Assembly: GCA_035652295.1 (NCBI GenBank)
Contig: DASREC010000428.1
Location: 1 to 52,549 of the forward strand
DNA from: Polyangia bacterium
GTDB lineage: Bacteria; Myxococcota_A; Polyangia; Palsa-1104
DNA: 52,549 nucleotides
Direction: 5' to 3'
Part shown: positions 14,197 through 22,561 of the stretch, one piece after another
Position numbering within the stretch: position 1 is the first letter of the stretch
How the letters are laid out: each line of letters opens with the position of its first letter
Program-made: the position numbers and the translations under genes
The notes under the pieces: model-generated
What the model was told of the DNA's origin: nothing
The model's database searches: none
The model's input: only the letters and a program-made list of their open reading frames with translations

Positions 14197-15522
14197 ATGA
14201 CCGTGAACGACGGCACCACGCACGACGCGCCCAGCGCGAGCGGCGAGCGCGCGCTGGTGCGGCGCTTTCAGCTGCGCGTCGTCGAAGGGCCGGACGCCGG
14301 CGCGGTGCACGTGTCGCGCGGCGAGCGGCTGGTGATCGGCACGCACGAGTCGGCCGACTTCCGCGTCAAGGACCGCACGGTGTCGCGCTTCCACTGCGAG
14401 CTCGAGCTCGTCGACGGGCGCGTGCAGGTGCGCGACCTCAACAGCCGCAACGGGACCGAGGTCGACCACGTCGCGGTGGCGCAGGCGTGGCTGCGCGGCG
14501 GCGCCACGCTCACGCTCGGGCAGACGCGCGTGCGCTTCGAGCTGGGCGACGGCCACGTCGAGATCCGCCTGTCGGAGCGCGAGCGCTTCGGCGTGATGGT
14601 GGGCCGCTCGCGGGCGATGCGCGCCGTGTTCGCCGTGCTCGAGCGCGCCGCCGGCTCCGACGCGACGGTGCTCATGGAGGGCGAGACCGGCTCGGGCAAG
14701 GAGGCGGCCGCCGAGTCGCTGCACCGCGAAAGCGCGCGCGCGCAGGGGCCGTTCGTGGTCGTCGACTGCGGCGCCATCCCGCGCGAGCTGCTCGAGAGCG
14801 AGCTGTTCGGCCACGAGCGCGGCGCCTTCACCGGCGCGGTCGGCGCGCGCGAGGGCGCGTTCGAAGCGGCCGCCGGCGGCACCATCTTTCTCGACGAGAT
14901 CGGCGAGCTGGCGGGCGATCTGCAGCCGAAGCTCCTGCGCGCGCTCGAGCGCCACGAGGTCAAGCGCGTCGGCGCCAACACCTACCGCCCCGTCGACGTG
15001 CGGGTGATCGCGGCGACCAACCGCAACCTGCGCGCCGAGGTGAACGCGCGCCGCTTCCGCTCCGATCTCTACTACCGGCTGGCGGTGATCGAGCTGCGCC
15101 TGCCGCCGATGCGCGAGCGCGGCGAAGATCTGCCGCTGCTCGTCGAGGATCTGCTGAGCGCGCTGGGCGCAGCCGACGATCCGGAAGCGGCGCGGCTGCG
15201 CACGCCCGAGCTGGCCGCCGAGCTGCGCCGGCACCACTGGCCGGGCAACGTCCGCGAGCTGCGCAACTACCTCGAGCGGTGCCTGGCCATGCGCGAGCCG
15301 ACGCCGCTCACCGCCGCGGGGCCGCTCGCGGTCGACGAGCTGGAGGTGAACGCGACGCAGCCGCTCAAGAGCGAGCGCGAGCGCTGGCTGCGCGTGCTCG
15401 AGCGCCGCTACCTCGACGAGATCCTGCGTAGCCACGAAGGCAACGTGACCGCCGCCGCGCGCTCCGCCGGCGTCGACCGCATTCACTTCTATCGACTGCT
15501 CTGGCGCCACGGCCTGCGCTGA
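14197..15522 (+). CDS. Sigma-54-dependent transcriptional activator with N-terminal FHA domain
   Basis: FHA ([24 protein letters not shown]...SRNGTEVD). [54 protein letters not shown] lies 17 nt after the kinase stop. Confidence 0.9.
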   Translation: MTVNDGTTHDAPSASGERALVRRFQLRVVEGPDAGAVHVSRGERLVIGTHESADFRVKDRTVSRFHCELELVDGRVQVRDLNSRNGTEVDHVAVAQAWLRGGATLTLGQTRVRFELGDGHVEIRLSERERFGVMVGRSRAMRAVFAVLERAAGSDATVLMEGETGSGKEAAAESLHRESARAQGPFVVVDCGAIPRELLESELFGHERGAFTGAVGAREGAFEAAAGGTIFLDEIGELAGDLQPKLLRALERHEVKRVGANTYRPVDVRVIAATNRNLRAEVNARRFRSDLYYRLAVIELRLPPMRERGEDLPLLVEDLLSALGAADDPEAARLRTPELAAELRRHHWPGNVRELRNYLERCLAMREPTPLTAAGPLAVDELEVNATQPLKSERERWLRVLERRYLDEILRSHEGNVTAAARSAGVDRIHFYRLLWRHGLR

Positions 15523-15523
15523 A

Positions 15524-15538
15524 GCGGCAAATTGCCGC
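15524..15538. repeat. Copy 3 of the palindrome (15-nt core GCGGCAAATTGCCGC) in the gap between convergent genes
   Basis: gaaGCGGCAAATTGCCGCgcg, immediately after stop 15522. Confidence 0.85.
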
Positions 15539-15548
15539 GCGCCGATCG

Positions 15549-16019
15549 CTAACGCCCGTCGATGAAGATGTCGCGATAGCAGGAGTAGATGCTGTTGTCG
15601 TCCTTGACCGAGTCGAGGATCAGGTTCCACAGCTGCTGGTGCACCACGCCGGCGCCGGCCTGGTGGACCTGCACGTTGAGGAACTGAAAGTGGTAGCGGA
15701 TGTTCGCGTCCCACTTGCCCATGCCGGTGAGCGACGCGAGCACGTCATCGTCGCTCTGCGACGGCGCGAAGTTGTCCTTCATCAGCTCGACGCGGATGTG
15801 CCCGGCCACGCGGTCGACGAAGTCCTGGAACGTCATCGTCGGCGGCAGCCCGCCCGCCGTCTGCTGCACGTTGTAGAAGTCGTTGCTGATGAACAGATCC
15901 GAAACCGCCGAATCCTGGATCTTGTTGAGCATGCAGATGGTGACGGTCTGCGAATCGTCGCTCGGGTCGAGCAGCGAGACGCAGCGTTGCGCGCGCGTGA
16001 GCCACGTGTCATCGGCCAT
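15549..16019 (-). CDS. Hypothetical cytoplasmic protein (156 aa), no recognisable family
   Basis: Non-shadow amino-acid composition (D, N, F, Q rich), locally lower GC, and AAGGAG RBS 7 nt upstream of the ATG. Lies 30 nt downstream of the propeller gene. Confidence 0.65.
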   Translation of the reverse strand: MADDTWLTRAQRCVSLLDPSDDSQTVTICMLNKIQDSAVSDLFISNDFYNVQQTAGGLPPTMTFQDFVDRVAGHIRVELMKDNFAPSQSDDDVLASLTGMGKWDANIRYHFQFLNVQVHQAGAGVVHQQLWNLILDSVKDDNSIYSCYRDIFIDGR

Positions 16020-16049
16020 GGAGACGCTCCTTTGGCGAGCACGCTATCA

Positions 16050-17579
16050 CTATTGTGAGCGGAAGGCGTAGACGCGATTGTCGGCGGCGACGTAGATGCG
16101 GCCCTTGGCGACGATCGGAGTCATGAAGCGCCGCACGGTGTTCATCTGATCGGTGGCGCAGCCGCCGTCGTAGATCGCGCGGCCGGTCTCGGCGTCGAAC
16201 GCGTGCAGCCGGTTGTCGCCCTCGGAGCCGACCGCCCAGACGATCGCGTCGTGTTGACCGTCGGTGGTCGTGATCATCGGCGAGCCGGTGCCCTGCTGAT
16301 CCGCGCACCAGATCGTCTCGAGCGCGAGCGCGCCGGTGGCGTTCGAGATCCGCAGCGCGACCAGATCGCCGACCTCGTCGGGGCAGTGCGCGCCGTTTCC
16401 TTTGAGCACCACCAGCGTCCCCGACGGCGACGTGTACGCCGCGCCCGCTTGGATGATCTCGTCGGTGGTGATCTGCGCGCTGGCGATCTGGCCGCCGACG
16501 CCGCCCAGGTGCTCGCGATCGAGCAGGTAGACGTTGGTGTCCTTGCCGAACGCGAGCGCCCACTTCTCGCCGGCGGGACCGTCGACGAGGATCGGCCCGC
16601 TGCCGCCGAGATCCTTGTCGTTGGTGTCGAGCGACATCCAGTTGCTCGCCGTGAAGGCGTCCTGCACCGCCGGGCCGGGCGCGAAGCGCAAGATCGACTC
16701 CTGGTGGCCGAACGGCTGCCCGTCGAACGAGTTGCCGGTGGCGGCGAAGATCGACGCGCCGTCGGAGGCGAGCCCGCCCGGCGCCCAGATGCCGGATTGC
16801 GGCGCCTCGGTGTGCCAGTCGGTGACCGAATCGGGATCGGCGATCGGCGCTTGCACGACGTAGCCGTGGTAGTCGCCGCAGTCGCCCCACATGCCGCCGT
16901 ACGGCACGTAGACCATTCCGCCGACGACGATGGTCGCGCCGCGCGCGCCTTGCGGGGCGGGCTGGAACTCGGGGAACCTGGCGGCGACGTCGATCGGCCA
17001 ACCGGCGCGCACCGAGCCGTCGTCGATCGAGAGCGCGTAGATGAGGTGCTTGAACGTCTTGCCCGCGCCCTCGGTGAGCACGTCGAAGAACAGGCTCCGC
17101 GACTGTAGATCGATCGAGGGCGTGCCGTGGATGCCCTGCACCGGGTTGACGTTGCCGCACGGCAGATCGCCCGCGTTCGCCGGAGGGCCGAGCGTCCCGG
17201 CGTCGACGCGCCACACCACCGCGCCGTCGGCGGCGTCGAACGCGGTCACCTGGTTCTTCTCGGTGGCGACGATGACCAGATCTTTTTCGTTCGCGCCGCC
17301 GGCGACGAACAGCGGCTGCGCATAGGTTTCGCCGTCGGTGACGGCGTCGAACGTCGGATCGATGTGCATGCTCGCGGCGGCGGCGGCGGTGATCGCCGGG
17401 TCGACGTACACGCCGTCGCGCGACGAGTTGTGGTGATGCTGCGTCACCGAAGCGGCGGCCGCGGTGACGCCGGCGAAGTCGACGCCGCCGAGATCGGGCG
17501 CGCCGCCGAAGACGCACACGCTGCTCTCGGCGCGGCAACCGGCTGTCGCCAGGATCGCTCCCAACACGAGTGCTCTCAT
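16050..17579 (-). CDS. PQQ-like beta-propeller repeat lipoprotein
   Basis: Lipoprotein signal MRALVLGAILATAGC. Repeated motifs typical of PQQ/BamB-like propellers (QVTAFDAADGAVVWRV, LHAFDAETGRAIY, IYVAADNRVYAF). Confidence 0.8.
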   Translation of the reverse strand: MRALVLGAILATAGCRAESSVCVFGGAPDLGGVDFAGVTAAAASVTQHHHNSSRDGVYVDPAITAAAAASMHIDPTFDAVTDGETYAQPLFVAGGANEKDLVIVATEKNQVTAFDAADGAVVWRVDAGTLGPPANAGDLPCGNVNPVQGIHGTPSIDLQSRSLFFDVLTEGAGKTFKHLIYALSIDDGSVRAGWPIDVAARFPEFQPAPQGARGATIVVGGMVYVPYGGMWGDCGDYHGYVVQAPIADPDSVTDWHTEAPQSGIWAPGGLASDGASIFAATGNSFDGQPFGHQESILRFAPGPAVQDAFTASNWMSLDTNDKDLGGSGPILVDGPAGEKWALAFGKDTNVYLLDREHLGGVGGQIASAQITTDEIIQAGAAYTSPSGTLVVLKGNGAHCPDEVGDLVALRISNATGALALETIWCADQQGTGSPMITTTDGQHDAIVWAVGSEGDNRLHAFDAETGRAIYDGGCATDQMNTVRRFMTPIVAKGRIYVAADNRVYAFRSQ

Positions 17580-17693
17580 TAATAAAGCGCTAGAACGCCG
17601 GCGCCGTGGCTGTCAACAATCGCCGTCGAACTTTACAGTCCTTTACAATCCCGCACCGTCGAGGCGCGGCGTTTTCGATTAACATGAGCGCGC

Positions 17694-19409
17694 ATGTTCT
17701 CGCTTCGACGCGGCCTCGCGCTGGCCGCCGTCGTCGTGCTGTCGGCCGCGCGCTTCGTCGAGAGCGCCGCCGGCAACATCGATGACCTGTTCAGTCTGCT
17801 CGTCTACGTGCGGCACTTTGCCGCGAGCGGCTCGTTCTATTACAACGCCGCCGACGGCCCGATCGACGGCTTCACCAGCCCGCTCGATCTGCTGTTCAAA
17901 GCGGCGGCGCAGGTCGTGGTGCGCGGCGATCCGGTGCTGATCGCGTGGTGGCTCTCGCTGGCGCTGCACGTCGGCGTCGGCGTCGCCGGGTTCCTGATCG
18001 CCGAGCGGCTGGCGCGGCGGCGCGGGCTGCCCGGCCTGTGGCTCGCCACGATCGCCGGGATCGCGCTCGGCACCGCGCAGGCGCTCGGCGACGGCTCGGC
18101 GTTCCTGCTGGAGACGCCGCTGTTCGTGCTGCTCGGCCTGGCGGCGTGCGCGATCGTGGTGCTCGAGCCGCCGTCGAGCCGCGCCGGCCGGCTCGGCGTC
18201 GGCGCGCTGCTGATCGCGGTGACGCTGGCGCGGCCCGAGGGACTGCCGCTGTCGCTGCTGCTGCTCGCGCTCTTGTACTTCGAGCGGCGCGACGCGTGGC
18301 CGCTCGCGCTGTTCGCCGCCGGCATCGGCGCCTACTACGCGTGGCGCGTCCACGTCTTCGGCTTCTGGGCGCCGAACACCTATTACGCCAAGACGTCGGC
18401 GTCGCGCTGGTACGAGATCCGCGACGGCCTCGACTACGTGCTGGCGTTCGCGCGCTCGCTCGGCGCGCCGTCGCTGCTGTGGATCGCCGCGGCGCCGCTG
18501 GTCGCGGGCGCGCGGTTCGTCGCGCCGCCGCATCGCCGCGCGTACGTCGCGTGCTGCGCGCTCGCGTGGGCGATGCTCGGCGTGGTGGTGTACTCGGGCG
18601 GCGACTGCTACGCCGGCGGCCGCTTCCTCGCGCTGCCGCTCGCGCTCGCCACGCTGGCGCTGGTGATCGCGGCCGCCACGCTCGACGGCCGCGCCCGCAC
18701 CGCCGCGCGCGGCGCGCTCGCCGCCTTGACCGCCGCGCAGCTCCTCGTGCTGATCGCGACGCCGATCTACGTCTTCGGCGTGCTTCAGCCGCGCGAGCCG
18801 TTGCGCATTCCCCTGCGCGGCGATTCGTTCGCGTGCGAGCGCGACGCCTCCGAGCAGATCGCCGCCCCGCTGCGCCGCCGCCCCGGCGCGGTGGTCGCGC
18901 AGACCGACTTCCAGCGGTTCAAGTTCTTCGTCGACGATCTCGAGTCGCTCGATCTCACCGGCCTCAACGATCGTCGCATCGCCCACCGGCGCATCGACGG
19001 GCCGGTGCGCTGGGGCAAGCTCGACGTGGTCGAGGCCGCGCGCCTGCGCCCCGAGGTGTTGATCCTCGGCCACCACACGACGGTGAACGCGCGCGCGATC
19101 GCCGCGTTTCCGCTCGCCGAGGTGTTCCGCGACGCGGCGCTGCAAGACGACTTCTTCGGCTACGGCGTCTCGCCGGCGGCGGCCGAGGCGCTGACCGCGA
19201 GCTACGCGCCGGCGAGCGTGCCGGTGTGCGGCGGCTGGTTCAACTTCCTCGCGCGGCGCGACCTCGCCTCCGCGTGGCCGGCGCCGAGCGCGCGCGCCAC
19301 CACGACCGGCGGCGCAGTTGCGGCAAATTGCCGCAGAGAATACGCCGAGGCGCGATTCGGGAAAAACGTGGATTCGGAGAAAAGCGCGCGCATGATTTAC
19401 CGTCGGTGA
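17694..19409 (+). CDS. Polytopic integral membrane protein, possibly a GT-C-type glycosyltransferase
   Basis: About 10 or more hydrophobic segments over the first ~370 aa, then a soluble C-terminal domain. The product call is a weak guess based on architecture only. Confidence 0.6.
   Translation: MFSLRRGLALAAVVVLSAARFVESAAGNIDDLFSLLVYVRHFAASGSFYYNAADGPIDGFTSPLDLLFKAAAQVVVRGDPVLIAWWLSLALHVGVGVAGFLIAERLARRRGLPGLWLATIAGIALGTAQALGDGSAFLLETPLFVLLGLAACAIVVLEPPSSRAGRLGVGALLIAVTLARPEGLPLSLLLLALLYFERRDAWPLALFAAGIGAYYAWRVHVFGFWAPNTYYAKTSASRWYEIRDGLDYVLAFARSLGAPSLLWIAAAPLVAGARFVAPPHRRAYVACCALAWAMLGVVVYSGGDCYAGGRFLALPLALATLALVIAAATLDGRARTAARGALAALTAAQLLVLIATPIYVFGVLQPREPLRIPLRGDSFACERDASEQIAAPLRRRPGAVVAQTDFQRFKFFVDDLESLDLTGLNDRRIAHRRIDGPVRWGKLDVVEAARLRPEVLILGHHTTVNARAIAAFPLAEVFRDAALQDDFFGYGVSPAAAEALTASYAPASVPVCGGWFNFLARRDLASAWPAPSARATTTGGAVAANCRREYAEARFGKNVDSEKSARMIYRR
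19319..19335. repeat. Copy 4 of palindrome TGCGGCAA-A-TTGCCGCA (in the C-terminal tail codons of the membrane protein)
   Basis: gtTGCGGCAAATTGCCGCAga, read as A-A-N-C-R. Confidence 0.9.
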
Positions 19410-19424
19410 CGCGGCGGTTTTCTA

Positions 19425-19453
19425 TTGTGGCGTACGATATCGGTACCTATGAT
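19425..19453 (+). promoter_or_regulatory. Candidate sigma-70-type promoter of the DUF1987/kinase operon
   Basis: TTGTGG-N17-TATGAT; the -10 box ends 15 nt before ATG 19469. Confidence 0.3.
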
Positions 19454-19468
19454 CGATAAACGGCGGAC

Positions 19469-19837
19469 ATGGAAAACCTGATATCCGGTGATCTGAAGAT
19501 CGAGCTGACGGCCGCGGATCCCGCGGCGCCCATCCAGATGATGTGGCGCGGCAAGAGCAACGATCGCACGCCCTCCAAGATCCTCGGCCCGTACTTCGCC
19601 ACCATCCTGGCGTCGGCGATCGAGCGGCGCGTGCCGGTGGAGCTGCACTTCGAGCGCATCGATCACTTCAACTCCTCGACCATCACGGCGGTGATCCAGC
19701 TGATCCAGGACGCGCGCACCGCCAACATCAAGCTGGTGCTGGTCTACGACAAGGCGCTCAAGTGGCAGAAGCTGAGCTTCGATGCGCTGCGCGTGTTCGT
19801 GCGCGACGATCAGCAGCTCGAGCTGCGCTCGGTCTGA
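19469..19837 (+). CDS. DUF1987 / SiaC-like partner-switch phosphoprotein (paralog 1)
   Basis: 122 aa. The pattern RGKSNDRTPSKILGPYF...VELHFERIDHFNSSTITAVIQLI...IKLVLVY matches the G-x-S-x-P...F-x-L-x-Y-x-N-[ST]-S-S layout of SiaC-type proteins. Confidence 0.7.
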   Translation: MENLISGDLKIELTAADPAAPIQMMWRGKSNDRTPSKILGPYFATILASAIERRVPVELHFERIDHFNSSTITAVIQLIQDARTANIKLVLVYDKALKWQKLSFDALRVFVRDDQQLELRSV

Positions 19838-19838
19838 G

Positions 19839-20327
19839 ATGGCCGACTTTCGCTTCTCGATCGATCTGCCGGTCACCAGCCGCTGGGAGAACGTCGACCT
19901 GCTGCGCACGTCGGTGCAGAGCTGTTTCACCGCCGTGTTCCAGGACGTCGACGGCTGCCACGCCATCGCCATGGTCACCGGCGAGCTGCTGGAGAACGCC
20001 GTCAAGTACGGCGCCTGGACGCTCACGCCGGGATCGTTTCGCCTGCGCGTCGAAGGCGGCGAGCGCGGCGCCACCATCACCGTCGAGAACCCGATCGTTC
20101 CCGACGATCCGAACGTCGCGGCGCTGATCGGCACGCTGCGCTGGATCGGCGGCTTCGCCAACGCCAGCGACGCCTATCGCGCCAAGCTGCTCGAGATCGC
20201 GTCGGCGCCGCGCGGCGGCAGCGCGAGCGGGCTCGGCCTGGTGCGCGTCGCCTACGAGGGCAACTGCACGCTCGACGCCGAGCTCGGCGAGCGCGCCGTG
20301 CGCGTCAAGGCCGTCCTGAGGCTGTGA
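19839..20327 (+). CDS. SiaB/RsbW-like GHKL-fold Ser/Thr kinase (paralog 1)
   Basis: N-box-like GELLENAVKYG; C-terminal SASGLGLVRVAYEG. ATG lies 1 nt after the stop of the upstream gene. Confidence 0.7.
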   Translation: MADFRFSIDLPVTSRWENVDLLRTSVQSCFTAVFQDVDGCHAIAMVTGELLENAVKYGAWTLTPGSFRLRVEGGERGATITVENPIVPDDPNVAALIGTLRWIGGFANASDAYRAKLLEIASAPRGGSASGLGLVRVAYEGNCTLDAELGERAVRVKAVLRL

Positions 20328-20821
20328 TGCGGCTGGCGCTCGAGCTGGTGGTGCCGCACGAGTGGGAGCGGATCGATCTGATCCGCGAGGCGGTGGGCCG
20401 CTGCGCGATGGCGGTGTTCGCCGACGAGGAGGCCAAGGACGCGCTCTCGATGGTGTGCTCCGAGCTGCTCGAGAACGCGATGAAGTACGGCTCGCCGGGC
20501 GCGGACGTGACGCTCTCGATCGGCGAGGACGCCGACGGGCTGGTGGTCACGGTGTCGAACGCCGTCGACGAAGCGTCGCGGCACGTGAGCGAGCTGCGCG
20601 AGCGCATCGAGTGGCTGCGCGGCTGCGCCGATCCCGCCGAGGCCTATACGCAGGCGCTGGCGAAGATCTACGCCCAGGGCAACGTCGATGAGAGCGGCCT
20701 CGGCATCGTGCGCATCGCCTACGAGGGCGGCTGCCGCATCGAGTGCGACACCTCGCAGCCGCGCCGCGTGATCGTGCACGCGCGCCGCCCGCGGCCGGCC
20801 GCCGCCGGAGCGCGCGCATGA
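20324..20821 (+). CDS. SiaB/RsbW-like GHKL-fold Ser/Thr kinase (paralog 2)
   Basis: SELLENAMKYG and DESGLGIVRIAYEGG, colinear with paralog 1. The start (GTG 20324 or ATG 20327) overlaps the upstream stop TGA 20325-20327. Confidence 0.7.
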   Translation: MMRLALELVVPHEWERIDLIREAVGRCAMAVFADEEAKDALSMVCSELLENAMKYGSPGADVTLSIGEDADGLVVTVSNAVDEASRHVSELRERIEWLRGCADPAEAYTQALAKIYAQGNVDESGLGIVRIAYEGGCRIECDTSQPRRVIVHARRPRPAAAGARA

Positions 20822-21213
20822 AGTTGCTGTTCGCGCCGATCGAGCGCGGCCCGCTGCGCGTGTTCGCGCGCGCGGGCAGCCACAACGTCGTGGCGTTCGA
20901 GGGCGTCCTGCGCGAGCAGGATCCGGCGGCGTGGCTGTGCCCGCTCATCGACACGATCCACGCGCGCGCCACCGATGAACACTTCAAGGAGGTGGTGCTC
21001 GATTTGCGCCGGCTCGAGTACGCCAACGCGGCGGCGTGGAAGTGCATCGTCTACTGGGTGCAGCTCCTCAAGGACGGCGGCGAGTCGTCCTATCACCTGC
21101 GCATCTACTCCGACGACAAGCACCGCTGGCAGCACATCGGCATGACGGCGCTGCGCGTGTTCGGTCAGAGCCGCCTGGAGATCACGGTGTATCGCGAAGG
21201 CCAACTGGCGTGA
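20818..21213 (+). CDS. DUF1987 / SiaC-like protein (paralog 2, hydroxyl-less acceptor motif)
   Basis: Colinear with paralog 1 (FEGVLREQDPAAWLCPLI...VLDLRRLEYANAAAWKCIVYWVQLL...ALRVF versus ...LHFERIDHFNSSTITAVIQLI...ALRVF). ATGA overlap with the upstream stop. The first 25 codons of ORF 20743 were rejected. Confidence 0.6.
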   Translation: MKLLFAPIERGPLRVFARAGSHNVVAFEGVLREQDPAAWLCPLIDTIHARATDEHFKEVVLDLRRLEYANAAAWKCIVYWVQLLKDGGESSYHLRIYSDDKHRWQHIGMTALRVFGQSRLEITVYREGQLA

Positions 21214-22561
21214 AGCGCAGCGCCAGGACGGTGATGTCGTCGTCCTGCGCCACCATCCACGCGCGCACCTCGCCGAGCACATGATCGCGGATCCGCTCGG
21301 GCGTCTCGTCTTTCACTTTCTCGACGGCGGCGCTCAGCCGATCGATGCCGAACTGCTCGCCGGCCGCGTTCATCGCCTCGGTGATGCCGTCGGTGTACAG
21401 CACCACCAAGTCGCCGTCGGCCACGCGCAGCTCGGTGTCGATGGTGACGTGGGCGATGTCGCGATCGGCGCCGAGCCAGGTCCCCGGCGTCTCGATGCAC
21501 TCGACGCGGCCGGTGCGCTTCGGGCAGAAGAGCACGTCCTGGTGCGCGCCGGCGAACAGCAGCCGCCCGTCGGCGAAGTAGCGCAAGAGCGACAGCGTGA
21601 CGTAGTCGCCGTGCTCCATGCGGTTGCGGATGTTGTCGACCATGACGTCGTTGAGCACGCGCAGCACGTCGCGCGGCGTGGCGTCGGGGCGCGAGTGCGT
21701 CGCCGCAGCCATCGCGCTCTGCACCATCAACATCACCAGGCCGGCGCTCAGGCCGTGGCCCGAGACGTCGCCGATCGCCAGCCAGCCGCCGTCGCGCAGC
21801 GCCATGACGTCGTAGTAGTCGCCGCCGACCTCGCTCGCCGGGATCATCGACGCCGCGATCGCGACGCCGGGCACGCGCAGATCCTTGGGCAGGAGCGACG
21901 TCTGCACGCGGCGCGCGATGGCGATCTCCTCTTCGATCTTCGCCGTGCGCACCGCCTCGTTGAGCAGCACCTCCTGCGCGCGCTTGCTCTCGGTGATATC
22001 GAACGCCACGCCTTGCAGGAACTGCGGGCGCCCCAGCTCGTCCTTGACCAGCCGCGCTTCGCCGTGCACCCAGACGACGTGGCCGTCCTTGGCGAGGAAG
22101 CGGCACTCGGCGCGGAACGGCCCGCCGGTCTGCACGCCGCGCGTGAACTCTTCGTTCCACATCACGCGGTCGGCGGGGTGGAGCCGCCAGTACCAGAGGA
22201 ACGGATCGGCCAGCCACTCCTCCTGCGTGTAGCCGAGGATGCTCTCGATGTGCGGGCTGATGTAGATCTCGTTCTCGCCCTCGCCGAGCACCGCCATGAA
22301 GGTGACCGCGGGGATCTGCTCGACCAGCGTACGGAAGCGCGCCTCGGCTTTGCGCAGCCGCGCCTCGGCGCTCGACGCGTCGTCGCGCGCGGCGCCGCCC
22401 GAGCGTTCGCTCCAGGTGACGCGCCCGCGATCGGCGTCGCCGGCGGGGAACAGGCCGCGCGCCAATCGATCGAGCGTGGAGAACGCCTCGGCGGTCATCT
22501 TGTCGAAGTCGAGGAGCTGCGCCGCCAGCGCCGCCTCGTCGTTCGCCTCCGGCTCGCTCAC
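21182..22561 (-). CDS. PAS-domain PP2C/SpoIIE-family Ser/Thr phosphatase
   Basis: PAS (FRTLVEQIPAVTFMA...YISPHIESILGYTQEEWL...WVHGEARLV). PP2C (ARRVQTSLLP, SEVGGDYYDV, AIGDVSGHGLSAGLVM, YTDGITEA, DDITVLALR). GTG 22561 overlaps the hypB stop (GTGA). The upstream 261 codons of ORF 21182..23344 are a shadow of hypB. Confidence 0.85.
   Translation of the reverse strand: MSEPEANDEAALAAQLLDFDKMTAEAFSTLDRLARGLFPAGDADRGRVTWSERSGGAARDDASSAEARLRKAEARFRTLVEQIPAVTFMAVLGEGENEIYISPHIESILGYTQEEWLADPFLWYWRLHPADRVMWNEEFTRGVQTGGPFRAECRFLAKDGHVVWVHGEARLVKDELGRPQFLQGVAFDITESKRAQEVLLNEAVRTAKIEEEIAIARRVQTSLLPKDLRVPGVAIAASMIPASEVGGDYYDVMALRDGGWLAIGDVSGHGLSAGLVMLMVQSAMAAATHSRPDATPRDVLRVLNDVMVDNIRNRMEHGDYVTLSLLRYFADGRLLFAGAHQDVLFCPKRTGRVECIETPGTWLGADRDIAHVTIDTELRVADGDLVVLYTDGITEAMNAAGEQFGIDRLSAAVEKVKDETPERIRDHVLGEVRAWMVAQDDDITVLALRFTPVGLRDTP

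Noticed and set aside
17607-17626. TGGCTGtcaacaaTCGC as a sigma-54 promoter for the 17694 membrane-protein gene
   Set aside because: The GG to GC spacing is 12 rather than 10 nt, and the -12 element lacks TTGC.
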